Origin: Candidatus Sumerlaeaceae bacterium | GTDB lineage: Bacteria; Sumerlaeota; Sumerlaeia; Sumerlaeales; Sumerlaeaceae | DNA: 64,000 nucleotides | Assembly (NCBI GenBank): GCA_051003195.1 | Contig: JBPCLP010000025.1 | Coordinates: 64,001 to 128,000 of the forward strand | Direction: 5' to 3' | In this document: in pieces, positions 49,168 through 59,595 of the stretch | Numbering within the stretch: the first letter of the stretch is position 1 | Layout of the letters: every line of letters begins with the position of its first letter | Made by a program: the position numbers and the translations under genes | The notes under the pieces: model-generated | Database searches by the model: none | What the model was told of the DNA's origin: nothing | The model's input: only the letters and a program-made list of their open reading frames with translations

Positions 49168-51975
49168 TTACCTGAGGTACTCCAGCACCGATCTCATCAA
49201 CTCTGCGCGCGTAATTTCGTCACCTGCGTTTTCAAATGGAAAGGCCAGGAACATCCAGTTGCCGGTTCTTCTATTCGTGCTTCCACCTGCAACGGCAGCC
49301 GCGGAAGCGCCCGCAACTTTGTAGCGCAGCACCTCGCCGCTGCCGCCCAGCGCACCCACGACATCGCTTGGCAACGGATCGCCGAGCCCTTGCTCGTTCC
49401 CGGTGAGGGTGAACTCGGGCACGTTCTGCAACACTCCACCCGGCACGGGCGAAACCACCCGGCTCTGCACGTTCATGCCGCGATACGCCAGGCCGAGCAA
49501 TTGGCGCAGGAACAGGCGATCCTCGTTGCTGGGCACGGACTGCGGAGACGCGCCGTCCATCGCCGCGGCCAGGTGTGCTCCGTTCAGCACCAGCTTGCCG
49601 CCCTGTCGCAGGTAATCGGCAATGAGTGCCTGGGTGGGTGTGGTCAAAATTCCGTTCCGCGGATTCTGGCGTCCGACCGACCAGATCACCAGCGGATAAT
49701 CATTCAATCGGATCTGACCTTCGCCCACGGATCGCGAGTTGCAGCTGTCAAAGCTCACAGCACACGAGGTCAGCGCTTCGGCCGCCGCCTGCATTCTCGG
49801 CGCATTGAGGTGGGTGCGCGGCCGCACGCGCCAGGTAATTTGACCGTGGTCGGCCGGGTTTCCAAATGGGTTATCGATTACCTGCGATTCGTCCGAAGTT
49901 GCATCGAGGTTTGTGATCCCGGCAATTAAAAGTGCGCGCCGCATTGGAACGGTGGTCGCGCCATCGCCCGCCAATGCGGGCAGTACCGAGACCACCTGGG
50001 AAGGCCACGACTCTCCCCCCGCGTTCAGGCCTGTGACGCGAACATAGGTGGGACTACTGCTCGTGACCGGGTCGAGGACCGCCGCGAGTTCACCCTGCGT
50101 CGATTGTCCACCATCGAAACTGTAACCGGTTGCGGAGCGATAGATACGATAATCCGTTGCCGGATCTCCTTCAATTCGCCCGGCGTGACCGGGCTGCCAC
50201 GATACCTGGATGCGTCCATCGGGCAGCGACCGCGCCACGGGGTTTTCCGGTGCGGTCGGCAAAACTCCCAGCGCACTGTTCTTTGCACGCAGAGCCGCGA
50301 ACCAGTTCAGCACGCCGCGAAGCGTGGCGCGCGCCATGTCCATCCGCGCCCTCGGGTCGAGCAGGAACATTGCGTCTTCCGCATTATCGTGAAACGCGAC
50401 CTCCACAATCGTCGCGCACATTTCGTTCTGTATGTAATCTTTGCGGAGCTCGCCGAAAGTTATACCGTTGTACGTGACGCGGTCGCGCGCGGCCCACTTC
50501 GGATACGAGAACGGCGGATCCTCGATCAGTTCCTGGTTTACCTGCGTGCCGATCATCCTCGCCAGCAGTTCCTGGTAATCGGGCCGCTGCTCAGGCGATT
50601 CGTTGAACAGGGCCACACATCCCCGCGACTGTCCCCGGAAGGCATTTGAGTGAAAACTGACGAGCACGCGATCCGTAAAGCTGCCTTCGGTTTCACGGTT
50701 CATGTACGCAGCAGTCCTGGGCGGCGAGGCGATTGTCGCATTTCCGTCGCTGACATTAGAGGAGTAAATTCGGCGGTCTGCGGTCGGGCCAAGGCTTCGC
50801 TCGATCCAGTAACAGTCCGCCTCGTCCTCGCGAATAAAACCAGAGCGTCCAGCGGGCCGCGGAACGTCGCCCACTCCGTTGCCAAACCGAACGGCATCCG
50901 CTACCACCACGTGTTTGCCGTCGTCTTCATAAGGATCGTCGACAACATTGCTTACATCGACGTAGCCCGTATCACCCTTTTCGAACCAGAAACTGCCCAG
51001 CCATACCCATCCCTTGCCGACGCGCCGGTGGTTCACGTGGATCTCCGTCACGGCTCCTGCATGGGCAATACGATACAACTGAGCCGATACACGATCCTCG
51101 CCGTCGCGCGCCCACACATAAACCGGGTAGTCGCCTGATTCGGGGATCCACGGACGGTACCGCGCTACTGCTGTCTCGCTGCGCTGAGCCGTTGCGAACG
51201 CATACGGAACGCGGTCGCGCTTCCCGCCGAAGTAAACCTTCGAGCTGCTTTCCTGCCATTCGCCGTAGAACTTTACCTGCGCGCTGGTGTTGTCGAGAAT
51301 GCGTTCGTTGGGTTGATGGTCCACTGGGCGCAACGGCACAACCGTCGCCCCGGAATTCCAAAGCAGGTGCGCAAAAATATGCATCTGGTCCAGGTTGCCA
51401 AAATCTTCCACGATACCATGGCCAAGGGCACGCTGCGTGTAGTAGATCTGTTTATCGTCATTGTAGGTCCATCCATGGCCCGCCATTGCGAAAACGACTT
51501 TGCCGGAAAAGCTTCCGGTCGGTTGAAATGCGTGCGGCGCCGACATCAGCGGGCTCTGCGTCCGCTGGGCTTCTGCCAGGGGTGATGCCCGCAGCGGTTT
51601 ACCGGGTATTTCGACAAACTTATCCGCGCGTGCTGCATCGACCAGCCACTGCGGCGCTCCAAATCCGGGCGCCGGAACGCTGGGCGGTGTGACAAGAGAG
51701 ATCGTGGTAGCTGATAACCCCTCCGTGTTGATGGGCATGGTAACGGCCGGCGCGAGCGATTCAGTGCCCGTACTCATCGTAATCGTCGCGCTGGTGAGTG
51801 CCTGCTGCGAGAGTCCAACGCCGCAATTCAACAGGTGGGCGATTGTGAATGCCACCACGCCGCCCGCACACCGCTGCGTGAAGTAGTAACTGTGGTTTAG
51901 CTTTCGCACGTTGTCTCGAAACTTGCCCGGCGAGCAGCCAGTGCAATCAATACTAAAAGCGAGCAACGGGCTCAC
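49168..51975 (-). CDS. N-acetylmuramoyl-L-alanine amidase (Amidase_3-like) with inserted golvesin/xanthan-lyase-C-like beta domain, FN3 and C-terminal domain
   Basis: AGHG, VED, SFHSNA and VEVAFHDN ligand motifs; insert PESGDYPVYVW...WVWLGSF.F...VVADAVRFG; start uncertain. Confidence 0.75.
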   Translation of the reverse strand: MSPLLAFSIDCTGCSPGKFRDNVRKLNHSYYFTQRCAGGVVAFTIAHLLNCGVGLSQQALTSATITMSTGTESLAPAVTMPINTEGLSATTISLVTPPSVPAPGFGAPQWLVDAARADKFVEIPGKPLRASPLAEAQRTQSPLMSAPHAFQPTGSFSGKVVFAMAGHGWTYNDDKQIYYTQRALGHGIVEDFGNLDQMHIFAHLLWNSGATVVPLRPVDHQPNERILDNTSAQVKFYGEWQESSSKVYFGGKRDRVPYAFATAQRSETAVARYRPWIPESGDYPVYVWARDGEDRVSAQLYRIAHAGAVTEIHVNHRRVGKGWVWLGSFWFEKGDTGYVDVSNVVDDPYEDDGKHVVVADAVRFGNGVGDVPRPAGRSGFIREDEADCYWIERSLGPTADRRIYSSNVSDGNATIASPPRTAAYMNRETEGSFTDRVLVSFHSNAFRGQSRGCVALFNESPEQRPDYQELLARMIGTQVNQELIEDPPFSYPKWAARDRVTYNGITFGELRKDYIQNEMCATIVEVAFHDNAEDAMFLLDPRARMDMARATLRGVLNWFAALRAKNSALGVLPTAPENPVARSLPDGRIQVSWQPGHAGRIEGDPATDYRIYRSATGYSFDGGQSTQGELAAVLDPVTSSSPTYVRVTGLNAGGESWPSQVVSVLPALAGDGATTVPMRRALLIAGITNLDATSDESQVIDNPFGNPADHGQITWRVRPRTHLNAPRMQAAAEALTSCAVSFDSCNSRSVGEGQIRLNDYPLVIWSVGRQNPRNGILTTPTQALIADYLRQGGKLVLNGAHLAAAMDGASPQSVPSNEDRLFLRQLLGLAYRGMNVQSRVVSPVPGGVLQNVPEFTLTGNEQGLGDPLPSDVVGALGGSGEVLRYKVAGASAAAVAGGSTNRRTGNWMFLAFPFENAGDEITRAELMRSVLEYLR

Positions 51976-52162
51976 CCCGTCACGTCAGCACGGTTTGAAA
52001 TCTCGAAATTTCCGCCTTTTATATTGCCTAACGACATGCCTGCCGGGGCAAATGCATGGTGCAGGTTACCTATGACCTGCAGAAAGCTGCCTCTGCGTGG
52101 CCCGGCATCCGCCGTGGTCTATCGGTTCAGGCACAACACCGGTCACGAAAGGGTGCTTAAAC

Positions 52163-53521
52163 ATGTCCCGCTATTTTTATCGCTTCACATTCTTCTGTGC
52201 GTTTTATCTACTGTCGTGCGGACCGGCCTTTGCAGCCACGCTGCTTTCGGACACTTTCAGCAGCGCTTCGCTCGACTCCTCAAAATATGCAATTCTCCGC
52301 TCCTCAAATGCGAGCGTCTCGGGCGGATCACTTATCGACGTCGCTAACATCGTGGACATCGGAATGGAAGTGCCGTCCTACTCGGCAAACTTCCCTAATA
52401 CCGTGCAGGTCGACTGCGTCATGAAAATCCCGGATCCTACTATAGCAGCCCGGATCAACAACAGCGTTCCCGAGACCAATGCGGGTTTCCGCGTGGTTGA
52501 AGCCGGCCCGGAGGGAATCGGAATTGAGATTTTTCCATTCAGGGGCGCTTCGGACGTGGACACGCTTAACATCCGCCGCGCCGTGAACTGGGGTAATGAC
52601 GTAAGTGCCAACATCTCGCCGCAGCTTACGCCGAATCAGCTCGTCGTGCTGCGCGGAATTGTGAACGGCGCGAATGTCACGGCCACGCTTTACGACTTCA
52701 ATACCTCGGCTGTGCTGGCCACGCTGGCCACCACCACTGCCACGCTTCAGGTCAACAATACGGCCGGCGCCCTTCGCTTAACGACGTACAACCAGGCGAA
52801 CGTCGAGTTCCTGAGCTGCAAGGCGACCAACACGGCGAACAGCAATGTGCTTATAGATGATACCTTCAATGGCACATCCCTGAACCTGAACAACTGGTGG
52901 CCCGCCGCTACCGATGAAGTGTCGAACGTTTCGCCAAATCCCACCACGGGCACAGCTACACTGATTGGTTACAATGGGACAAACCTGACGGCGCTACTTC
53001 CCACGAAACAGACGTTCTCAAATTTCGAGATGCAGTCCGTGTTCAAGATGAGCCAGCGTGGACCGAACGGCTACGGCAATTTCAGCGTCCAGTTTCGCGA
53101 AACAGACAAGTTCAATGCCTTGTACCAGCTCGCCGTCTTCCCTCAGACCGGAAGTTCAGTCGGCGATGGCGTCACCACTTATACAACTCCGTGTATCGTC
53201 TTACGAAAAGGAACGGCGCCGGGAGCTTACACGAACCTGGGCGGAAAGACAATCAGCGAGCCGACGGACAGCAGTACGCTGGTCGTTAACCTGATTGCCA
53301 ACGGATCCGCGATTAGTTTCTACACGGGTCCCACAAAAACCGCGGGCATTGGGCCGGTAGTATCCGTTACCGATAGCAGCAACACTTCAGGGTTCGTGAA
53401 GTTTACGAATTTTGCACTGACGGCGGTCGACCTGGACGAATACCAGATCGCGACAATCGGTTCAAACATCGTGGCGCCGATTACCACCGCGGCGTCCGAC
53501 GAGTGGATGCTGATGCAATAG
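52163..53521 (+). CDS. Secreted two-domain beta-sandwich (lectin-like) protein with EW tail
   Basis: Signal peptide ending PAFA; duplicated domain starts LLSDTFSSASLD and LIDDTFNGTSLN; ends TTAASDEWMLMQ. Confidence 0.7.
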   Translation: MSRYFYRFTFFCAFYLLSCGPAFAATLLSDTFSSASLDSSKYAILRSSNASVSGGSLIDVANIVDIGMEVPSYSANFPNTVQVDCVMKIPDPTIAARINNSVPETNAGFRVVEAGPEGIGIEIFPFRGASDVDTLNIRRAVNWGNDVSANISPQLTPNQLVVLRGIVNGANVTATLYDFNTSAVLATLATTTATLQVNNTAGALRLTTYNQANVEFLSCKATNTANSNVLIDDTFNGTSLNLNNWWPAATDEVSNVSPNPTTGTATLIGYNGTNLTALLPTKQTFSNFEMQSVFKMSQRGPNGYGNFSVQFRETDKFNALYQLAVFPQTGSSVGDGVTTYTTPCIVLRKGTAPGAYTNLGGKTISEPTDSSTLVVNLIANGSAISFYTGPTKTAGIGPVVSVTDSSNTSGFVKFTNFALTAVDLDEYQIATIGSNIVAPITTAASDEWMLMQ

Positions 53522-53639
53522 CATGGGTTGGCACAGCAGGCCAAGCGACGGGCTGCTGCGCAAGCTTCAAACGACGCTGGACAATGGCGCGAACCGCTGC
53601 ACCCCTGTGTACAATAATCGCCATGTGGAGGCCTAAACA

Positions 53640-54026
53640 TTGCCAAAGCGAATAGTGGTAGTGGACGATGAGCCGGACATCCGCACGATGCTGGACATCA
53701 GCCTGAAAAACCAGGGGTACGAGGTGCAGCTGGCGTCCGACGGTGTTGAAGGGCTGGAGCTCATTCGCAAAACACGGCCCGACCTGGCGATACTTGACGT
53801 GAAGATGCCGCGCATGAATGGCTTCGAGCTGCTGGTTGCTATGCGCAACGACGCGCAGCTAAAGGACATGCCCGTGGTGATGCTGACGTCCCTGACAGTC
53901 GGCACCGGAAAGTCGGACGAGCTTTGGCGCCAAAGCCTGGAAATCACCGACTTCCTGTCCAAGCCCTTCGATACACAGGAATTGCTGAGCCGCGTCAACC
54001 GAATCCTGGAGAAACCCGCGGAATAG
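53640..54026 (+). CDS. Single-domain response regulator (receiver domain)
   Basis: VVDDEP, ILDVKMPRMNG, MLTS, SKPF; GGAGG RBS before TTG start. Confidence 0.93.
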   Translation: MPKRIVVVDDEPDIRTMLDISLKNQGYEVQLASDGVEGLELIRKTRPDLAILDVKMPRMNGFELLVAMRNDAQLKDMPVVMLTSLTVGTGKSDELWRQSLEITDFLSKPFDTQELLSRVNRILEKPAE

Positions 54027-54194
54027 TTCGTGCGCAGCGGCTTCGGGCGTCCATACTGTCTCCGTTTCTCTAGTTGACTTGATCCGGGCCGGGTAACGAC
54101 TATCCGCGGCTTTGTGAAAAATGGCGCAAATACAGCGCCTGCTGCAATGTTGCAGCCTCTTAGTTTGCCAAATTACCCGGAGTCACGCTATTAG

Positions 54195-56207
54195 ATGCTA
54201 AGACAGTTGCGGTCAGCCCACAAAATTCGTAAAGTCATCTGGATCGGGCTGCTGCTTATCGTAATTCCTTCCTTTGTCGCCTTCTATGGTTGGAGCGACT
54301 ACTCCACCACTGCCGGTTCGCAGCCCATGACTGCCGCGAAACTCAAGTTCGGTTTCCTGGACTCAGAAGAGATACACCAGCCAGACATGCAACGCGCCGA
54401 ACAGATGTTGCGCGCGCAGTACATGAATTACTCTCGAAACCAGAACATGACGCTGGAGCCCGCCGCCATTGATAAACTGGCCGGATCGCGCGAGATTCTC
54501 GACCAGGCAATCAACGTCGAGATTCTGCGCCACTACGCCAAGGAACATGGCATCGTCGTCGAACCGCAAGACGCAGTCGACGAACTCGCGAAAGCCTATC
54601 CCCCGGATCGCCGCGCCATGGTCGAGCAGGAGCTCAAGCGCCAGGGCATGACGTTTGGCCAGTTCCTGGAACAGATTCAGAATGGCATGCTGTTGCAGCG
54701 CGTGAGGGACACTCTGACCGCCCAGACACGCGTTACACATTATGAAGCCTGGCTCGACTACCTGCTAAAAAACGAGCGTCTCCTGGTCGACTTCGTGCGC
54801 TTCGACGCCGCAGACTACACGACGAGCGTCACCGTAGACGAGAAGGAGCTTCAGGATTACTTTGCGAAAAACATCAAGAAGTACCACGTCCGGGAACAGG
54901 TGAAGTACTCCTACCTGATCGTCCGCAAGGATGACTTAAAAAGCAGCCTGACCCTTACCGAAGACGAGGTCACTTCGTATTACCAGAGCAACCAGGAAGA
55001 GTTCCGTTTGCCGCGCACAGCCGACATTCGTCAAATCATGATCAAAAAGCCGGGGCGCGAAGCGGGCTCCACCGCTGAAGAACTGACTTCAGCCACTGAA
55101 GCAGCCCGTGCGAAGGCCAGCGACATTTACCAGCGGATCGTAAAAGGCGAAGACTTTGCAACGCTGGCAGACCAGTATAATGAGGAAACCCGCGTACCGC
55201 CACGCGAGGATAGCGATACAACTGCAACCGACAGAATGACCACCGCCGGCGGATTTCTCGGAACGGTTTCCGAGGTGCGCATGAAAACCTTCTACGGGGA
55301 AGACTGGACCAGTGCCGTGTTCAACCTGAAGCCGGGCGCAATCAGCCAACCGGTTGATAGTCCGCGTGGCTTCTTCGTGCTCAAGCTTGAATCCTTGAAA
55401 GAGGGGCTTGTTCAGCCGCTCGATGTAGTAAAGAGCGAGGTGGAGGATAAGGTCCGCACAGAAAAGGTTGAGCCGGTATTCGAGGATGTAGGCAATCAGC
55501 TTCGCGATGTCGCCGAAAAAGGTGCTACCCTGCAACAACTTGCGCAGGAAACCTCAAGGACTGTCGAGTTCACCCCGAAAGTGGACAAGCGCGCAGAGTT
55601 CATACCCGGCGTAGGGTTACTGGGCGAGTTCAAGGAAGCGGTGCAGGACCTGCAAAAGGGTGGCCGCAGCGAGGTAATGTCCGACCAGGCACGCCACCTT
55701 GTCATGGAGGTTCAGGAAGAGTTCCCAGATCACGATCCGCCGCTCGACGAAGTTCGCGAGCAGGTGGTGCAGGGCTATAAGGAAAGCAAGGCGCGGGAGC
55801 TCGCCAAGGCAGCGGCGGAATCCGTCAAGGTCAAGGCTACGAGCGTGGAAGCACTCAAGCAGGCCGTGGTTGACGCTGGCTCGACCGTTTCTCGGACACG
55901 CCCATTTACCCGGCCCGAGGCTCCAACGGTACTCGGCCCTGTGCAGAACTTTACTGAAATTGCCGGCGGGTTGCGTAAAGGTGCGATTTCACTCAGCCCG
56001 CTTGGTTCTGAGGATGCTGCACAGGGTTACATTGTCTGGCACCTCGCAGAAGTCACGGAACCCTCGAAGGCGGAATTTGCGAAGCAGCTCGCGAAGATCA
56101 GCCAGGACTTACTGGCTCACAAGCGTGAGATCCTGCTCCTGGAGTTTTTGCGCGATCGGCGGAAGCAGTTAAAGGACGATATCGAAATCTCCAAAGCGTA
56201 CCGCTGA
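54195..56207 (+). CDS. ppiD: PpiD-like membrane-anchored SurA-N/parvulin chaperone
   Basis: ML..LR N-terminal TM; YY..NQEEF; GEDFATLA..Y, GGFLG, AVFNLKPG.IS.PV.S.RGF. Confidence 0.8.
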   Translation: MLRQLRSAHKIRKVIWIGLLLIVIPSFVAFYGWSDYSTTAGSQPMTAAKLKFGFLDSEEIHQPDMQRAEQMLRAQYMNYSRNQNMTLEPAAIDKLAGSREILDQAINVEILRHYAKEHGIVVEPQDAVDELAKAYPPDRRAMVEQELKRQGMTFGQFLEQIQNGMLLQRVRDTLTAQTRVTHYEAWLDYLLKNERLLVDFVRFDAADYTTSVTVDEKELQDYFAKNIKKYHVREQVKYSYLIVRKDDLKSSLTLTEDEVTSYYQSNQEEFRLPRTADIRQIMIKKPGREAGSTAEELTSATEAARAKASDIYQRIVKGEDFATLADQYNEETRVPPREDSDTTATDRMTTAGGFLGTVSEVRMKTFYGEDWTSAVFNLKPGAISQPVDSPRGFFVLKLESLKEGLVQPLDVVKSEVEDKVRTEKVEPVFEDVGNQLRDVAEKGATLQQLAQETSRTVEFTPKVDKRAEFIPGVGLLGEFKEAVQDLQKGGRSEVMSDQARHLVMEVQEEFPDHDPPLDEVREQVVQGYKESKARELAKAAAESVKVKATSVEALKQAVVDAGSTVSRTRPFTRPEAPTVLGPVQNFTEIAGGLRKGAISLSPLGSEDAAQGYIVWHLAEVTEPSKAEFAKQLAKISQDLLAHKREILLLEFLRDRRKQLKDDIEISKAYR

Positions 56208-56320
56208 TTTTTATTGAAGGCGATCTACGCCGCATTTAGAGCAACGTGGGTATCATACGTCACGGCTGGCAAAGCCATTCTAATTGCGAGGCTTAGGCAC
56301 TGTTAAACGTTCAGGCAATC

Positions 56321-58864
56321 GTGGTCAAAAACCTTAGTTCTGCTAAATTAAGGAAGGTTCTTTTTGAGCAGCACCTGTGGACTCGGGTGTTCCTGTGCCT
56401 GATCGCCTGTAATCTGTGTGCGGGCAGGATTGCTGCGCAAGCTGCGTTTCCTACTGCCGATAACCAGGTTCAACACCACGTTCTTCCGACCGACGAGGAG
56501 TCTGCTGCGCCGATGGAAGACCCGGATGGTGTTGTCATGCGGGAACGTACGCCCGCGGACGACCAGAAGATCGCGCGCGATCAGGCGGCGAAGGCACGTA
56601 AGAGTGCGGCAACAAAGCCTGTGACGTCAACGGATCCGCTGCTCAGCGAGATTTCCGATGCTCCGGTCGTTAAGGAAATCGAAGTTGCCGGCCTGGACGG
56701 ACCTGACCTGCGTCGCGCCATGCGCGCGCTCGTGACGCGCGAAGGCGAACCACTTAACCCCGACAAGCAGCGCGAAGACATAAAGAACCTGTACGAAGTT
56801 GGCTCCTTCCGCCCGGACATCCAGGTGGAAGCCGAGGAACTGGACGGCGGGGTGAAGTTGCGTTACCTGGTTGAGCCGAACCCAAAAGTCGGAGCCATCA
56901 ACGTCACGGGGAACGTCAAAGTACCCACCAAGAAACTGCTGGCAGAGCTGCCTGTGAAAGCCGGCGAAACTTACACGGTGCAGGCGCAAAACAAGATCCG
57001 CGAAACACTTGCCCGCTACTATGAAGAACGCGGATATGGTGACGCCGCCGTTCACGTGGAAGAGCGCCCGGGTCCCGCGAACACCGTCGATCTCGGTATT
57101 TCACTGGACGAAGGCACCAAGACAAAAATCCGCAACCTCGTCATCCGCGGCAACGAGCACGTTGGTGATCTCGGGCTGAAGTTGCGCGCCAGCAACAAGG
57201 GTTCGTGGGGTCCTTTTAAGCATTACTACAACGAAGCCAAGTTTGAAGACGACCTGAATGTGGTGCGGGCGGTGATGGCAAATCATGGCTACCTGGATGC
57301 CGATGTGCGGCGCGGCGAGTTCGCTTACGCGGAGGACCGCAGCTGGGTAGACCCTGTTATCGAGGTGAGCGAGGGTCCGTGCTATAAGTTCGGGCGCCTC
57401 GAAGCACGCGGCTATTCCGTGTACTCGAGGGACGAAGTGCTGGAAGGCTTTCGTCCTCTGCAAGGCCAGGTCTATAGCCCGGCCGAATTCGAGAAGCGAG
57501 CCGAGCGTGTAAAGAACATGTACGGGGACGAGGGATTTCTCAACTGCTCAATCGAGCCGAACCTCCACAAAGACCCGAACACCGGAACTGTCGACGTGGA
57601 CCTGGATATTACGGAGGGATCACGCATCTACGTAGGCGATGTGAAGGTAGTGGCGGACACCTACGCGGAAGATAAAGAGCAGAGCTGGCTGCGCCGTGCG
57701 TACAGCAAAGTTTCTCCTCCGGTTAAGGACGAGGTCGTTCGTCGCGAAGTGCGGATGCGGCCCGGCCAGGTTTACCGTCGATTTGATGAAGTGCGCACGA
57801 AGGAGCGCCTGCGCGCGCTGAACGTTTTTGAAGACGTAAAGGTGCAGGAGCAGATGACGGACGATCCAAACGTCCACGACTGCGTTGTACAGGTTGAACA
57901 GGGCAACACCGGCAACCTGATATTCGGCGTGGGCTTTGGCGACGTCGAGGGCGGCTTCCTCTACGGCAACTACATCGAGCATAACCTGTTCGGCCTCGCG
58001 CGAGACTTGCGAATCTCCGCACTCGTGGGTTCAAAGGCAATCAGCGGCGAAGTCTCCTACCTAGACCGCTACTTCATGGGCAGCGATATAGCGGCCCAGT
58101 TCACCGCGTTCCATCGTCGCTACGACCGCACTGGCGCGTTCCGGCAGACTAATACCGGAGTTACGGCGGAGTTCACGCGTCCGCTTTCCGAATGCCTGAA
58201 AGACAGCGTGCGGCTGCGTCTGGAGAGCATCGGCTATGATATCAGCGCAGCGCGGCAGCCCGATGAGGAATTGCGCGACTACGTTGCCGCAACAATTCGC
58301 TACAAGCTTTGTCATGACACGCGCGACGATACGTTCTTCCCGACTTACGGGCACGTGGCGGCAGCCAGTTTCGAGACCGGCGCTGCCGATGGCTTCCTCG
58401 CAAAGCTTGAAGGGCAGTACGCCCAATACTGGCAGATGTGTGACAGCTGGGTGCTGGCGAACAACACCGTGGCAGGCTTGATGCCGTACGACGCGACGCG
58501 CATCGGCTATGCGGACCGATTCTTCCTCGGCGGCGCAAGCGATCTGCGCGGATTCCGCGTTGCGGGCGCTGGCCCACATGATGGCCGAAATCACTCGATC
58601 CCGCTGGGCGGCTCGACAAAGCTGCTGAACCAGACCGAGGCACGCCACCTGTTCACCGACAATCTTGCCGGTGTGCTCTTTGCTGACGTCGGCATGCTTG
58701 GACGCAAGCCGTTTGAAATTGGCTCGCCCCGGGCTTCCATCGGTACGGGTGTTCGCCTGCGGCTGCCCATGGCTTCCGTCAGCCTTGATCTGGCGGTGCC
58801 GGTCATCAGCCACGACGACGACCAGACTCAAATCTTCCACTTCAACCTGACCTCAGCCTTCTAA
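56321..58864 (+). CDS. bamA: Outer membrane protein assembly factor BamA
   Basis: Five POTRA-like repeats, TG.L.FG.G barrel start, DTRDD.FFPT.G, FFLGG..DLRGF, terminal Phe; upstream of skp. Confidence 0.88.
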   Translation: MVKNLSSAKLRKVLFEQHLWTRVFLCLIACNLCAGRIAAQAAFPTADNQVQHHVLPTDEESAAPMEDPDGVVMRERTPADDQKIARDQAAKARKSAATKPVTSTDPLLSEISDAPVVKEIEVAGLDGPDLRRAMRALVTREGEPLNPDKQREDIKNLYEVGSFRPDIQVEAEELDGGVKLRYLVEPNPKVGAINVTGNVKVPTKKLLAELPVKAGETYTVQAQNKIRETLARYYEERGYGDAAVHVEERPGPANTVDLGISLDEGTKTKIRNLVIRGNEHVGDLGLKLRASNKGSWGPFKHYYNEAKFEDDLNVVRAVMANHGYLDADVRRGEFAYAEDRSWVDPVIEVSEGPCYKFGRLEARGYSVYSRDEVLEGFRPLQGQVYSPAEFEKRAERVKNMYGDEGFLNCSIEPNLHKDPNTGTVDVDLDITEGSRIYVGDVKVVADTYAEDKEQSWLRRAYSKVSPPVKDEVVRREVRMRPGQVYRRFDEVRTKERLRALNVFEDVKVQEQMTDDPNVHDCVVQVEQGNTGNLIFGVGFGDVEGGFLYGNYIEHNLFGLARDLRISALVGSKAISGEVSYLDRYFMGSDIAAQFTAFHRRYDRTGAFRQTNTGVTAEFTRPLSECLKDSVRLRLESIGYDISAARQPDEELRDYVAATIRYKLCHDTRDDTFFPTYGHVAAASFETGAADGFLAKLEGQYAQYWQMCDSWVLANNTVAGLMPYDATRIGYADRFFLGGASDLRGFRVAGAGPHDGRNHSIPLGGSTKLLNQTEARHLFTDNLAGVLFADVGMLGRKPFEIGSPRASIGTGVRLRLPMASVSLDLAVPVISHDDDQTQIFHFNLTSAF

Positions 58865-58888
58865 GTGGTCCGGCATAAAGGATTCCCA

Positions 58889-59575
58889 ATGAAGCAGTTT
58901 GTCACCCTTTGCATATTCCTGTGCCTTGTTTGCGTTGCAGGCGCGGCCGATACCAAAATTGCCTATGTCGACATCGAGAAGGTTACCGGTAAGGCGAAAG
59001 CAATCAACAGCGCTCTCTCGACGGTCGGCGATAAAGTCAAAAAGTACCAGAACGACATTGAGTCCAAACGCAAAAAGATCCGCGACCTTGAAGACGATGT
59101 GAAGCGCACCGAAGGAGTGTTGTCTCGCGACGAGGTCGATAAAAAACGCAAAGAGATCAACACGCTGAACAACGAAATCGACGACCTTGTGCTGCAGGGA
59201 CGCCGCGAGATGCAGCGAGTCGACGACACTTTTTATTCCCCCCTTCTGAAGAAGATCATTTACGCCATCCAGGACGTCGCCGCCGAGAAGGACATCGATA
59301 TCGTCCTGCGCGGGGAAGTCGTACTGTACGGCAAGGACACCGCCGACATTACCAACGATGTGATTCGGAAGCTGAACGAGGACGATAGCGCTTCCACTGC
59401 TGCCAGAACAGAGAAGAAGACTGAAACACCGGCGAAGCCCGCAGACACCACCGCCAAGCCCACCGAGTCGGCAAGCCCGGCAGCCGCAAACGTTGTGGTG
59501 CCGGAAACACCCGCAAAGCCAAAGCCGACGAAAACGCCTGCCTCCGCGCGACCGGTTGACCGCCAGCCTGACTGA
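58889..59575 (+). CDS. skp: OmpH/Skp periplasmic chaperone with Pro/Thr/Ala-rich tail
   Basis: Signal peptide; KIAYVD, coiled coil, DIVL, VLYG...DITNDVIRKLN. Confidence 0.88.
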   Translation: MKQFVTLCIFLCLVCVAGAADTKIAYVDIEKVTGKAKAINSALSTVGDKVKKYQNDIESKRKKIRDLEDDVKRTEGVLSRDEVDKKRKEINTLNNEIDDLVLQGRREMQRVDDTFYSPLLKKIIYAIQDVAAEKDIDIVLRGEVVLYGKDTADITNDVIRKLNEDDSASTAARTEKKTETPAKPADTTAKPTESASPAAANVVVPETPAKPKPTKTPASARPVDRQPD

Positions 59576-59595
59576 TCGCCTGCCCCGCTAGCGGA

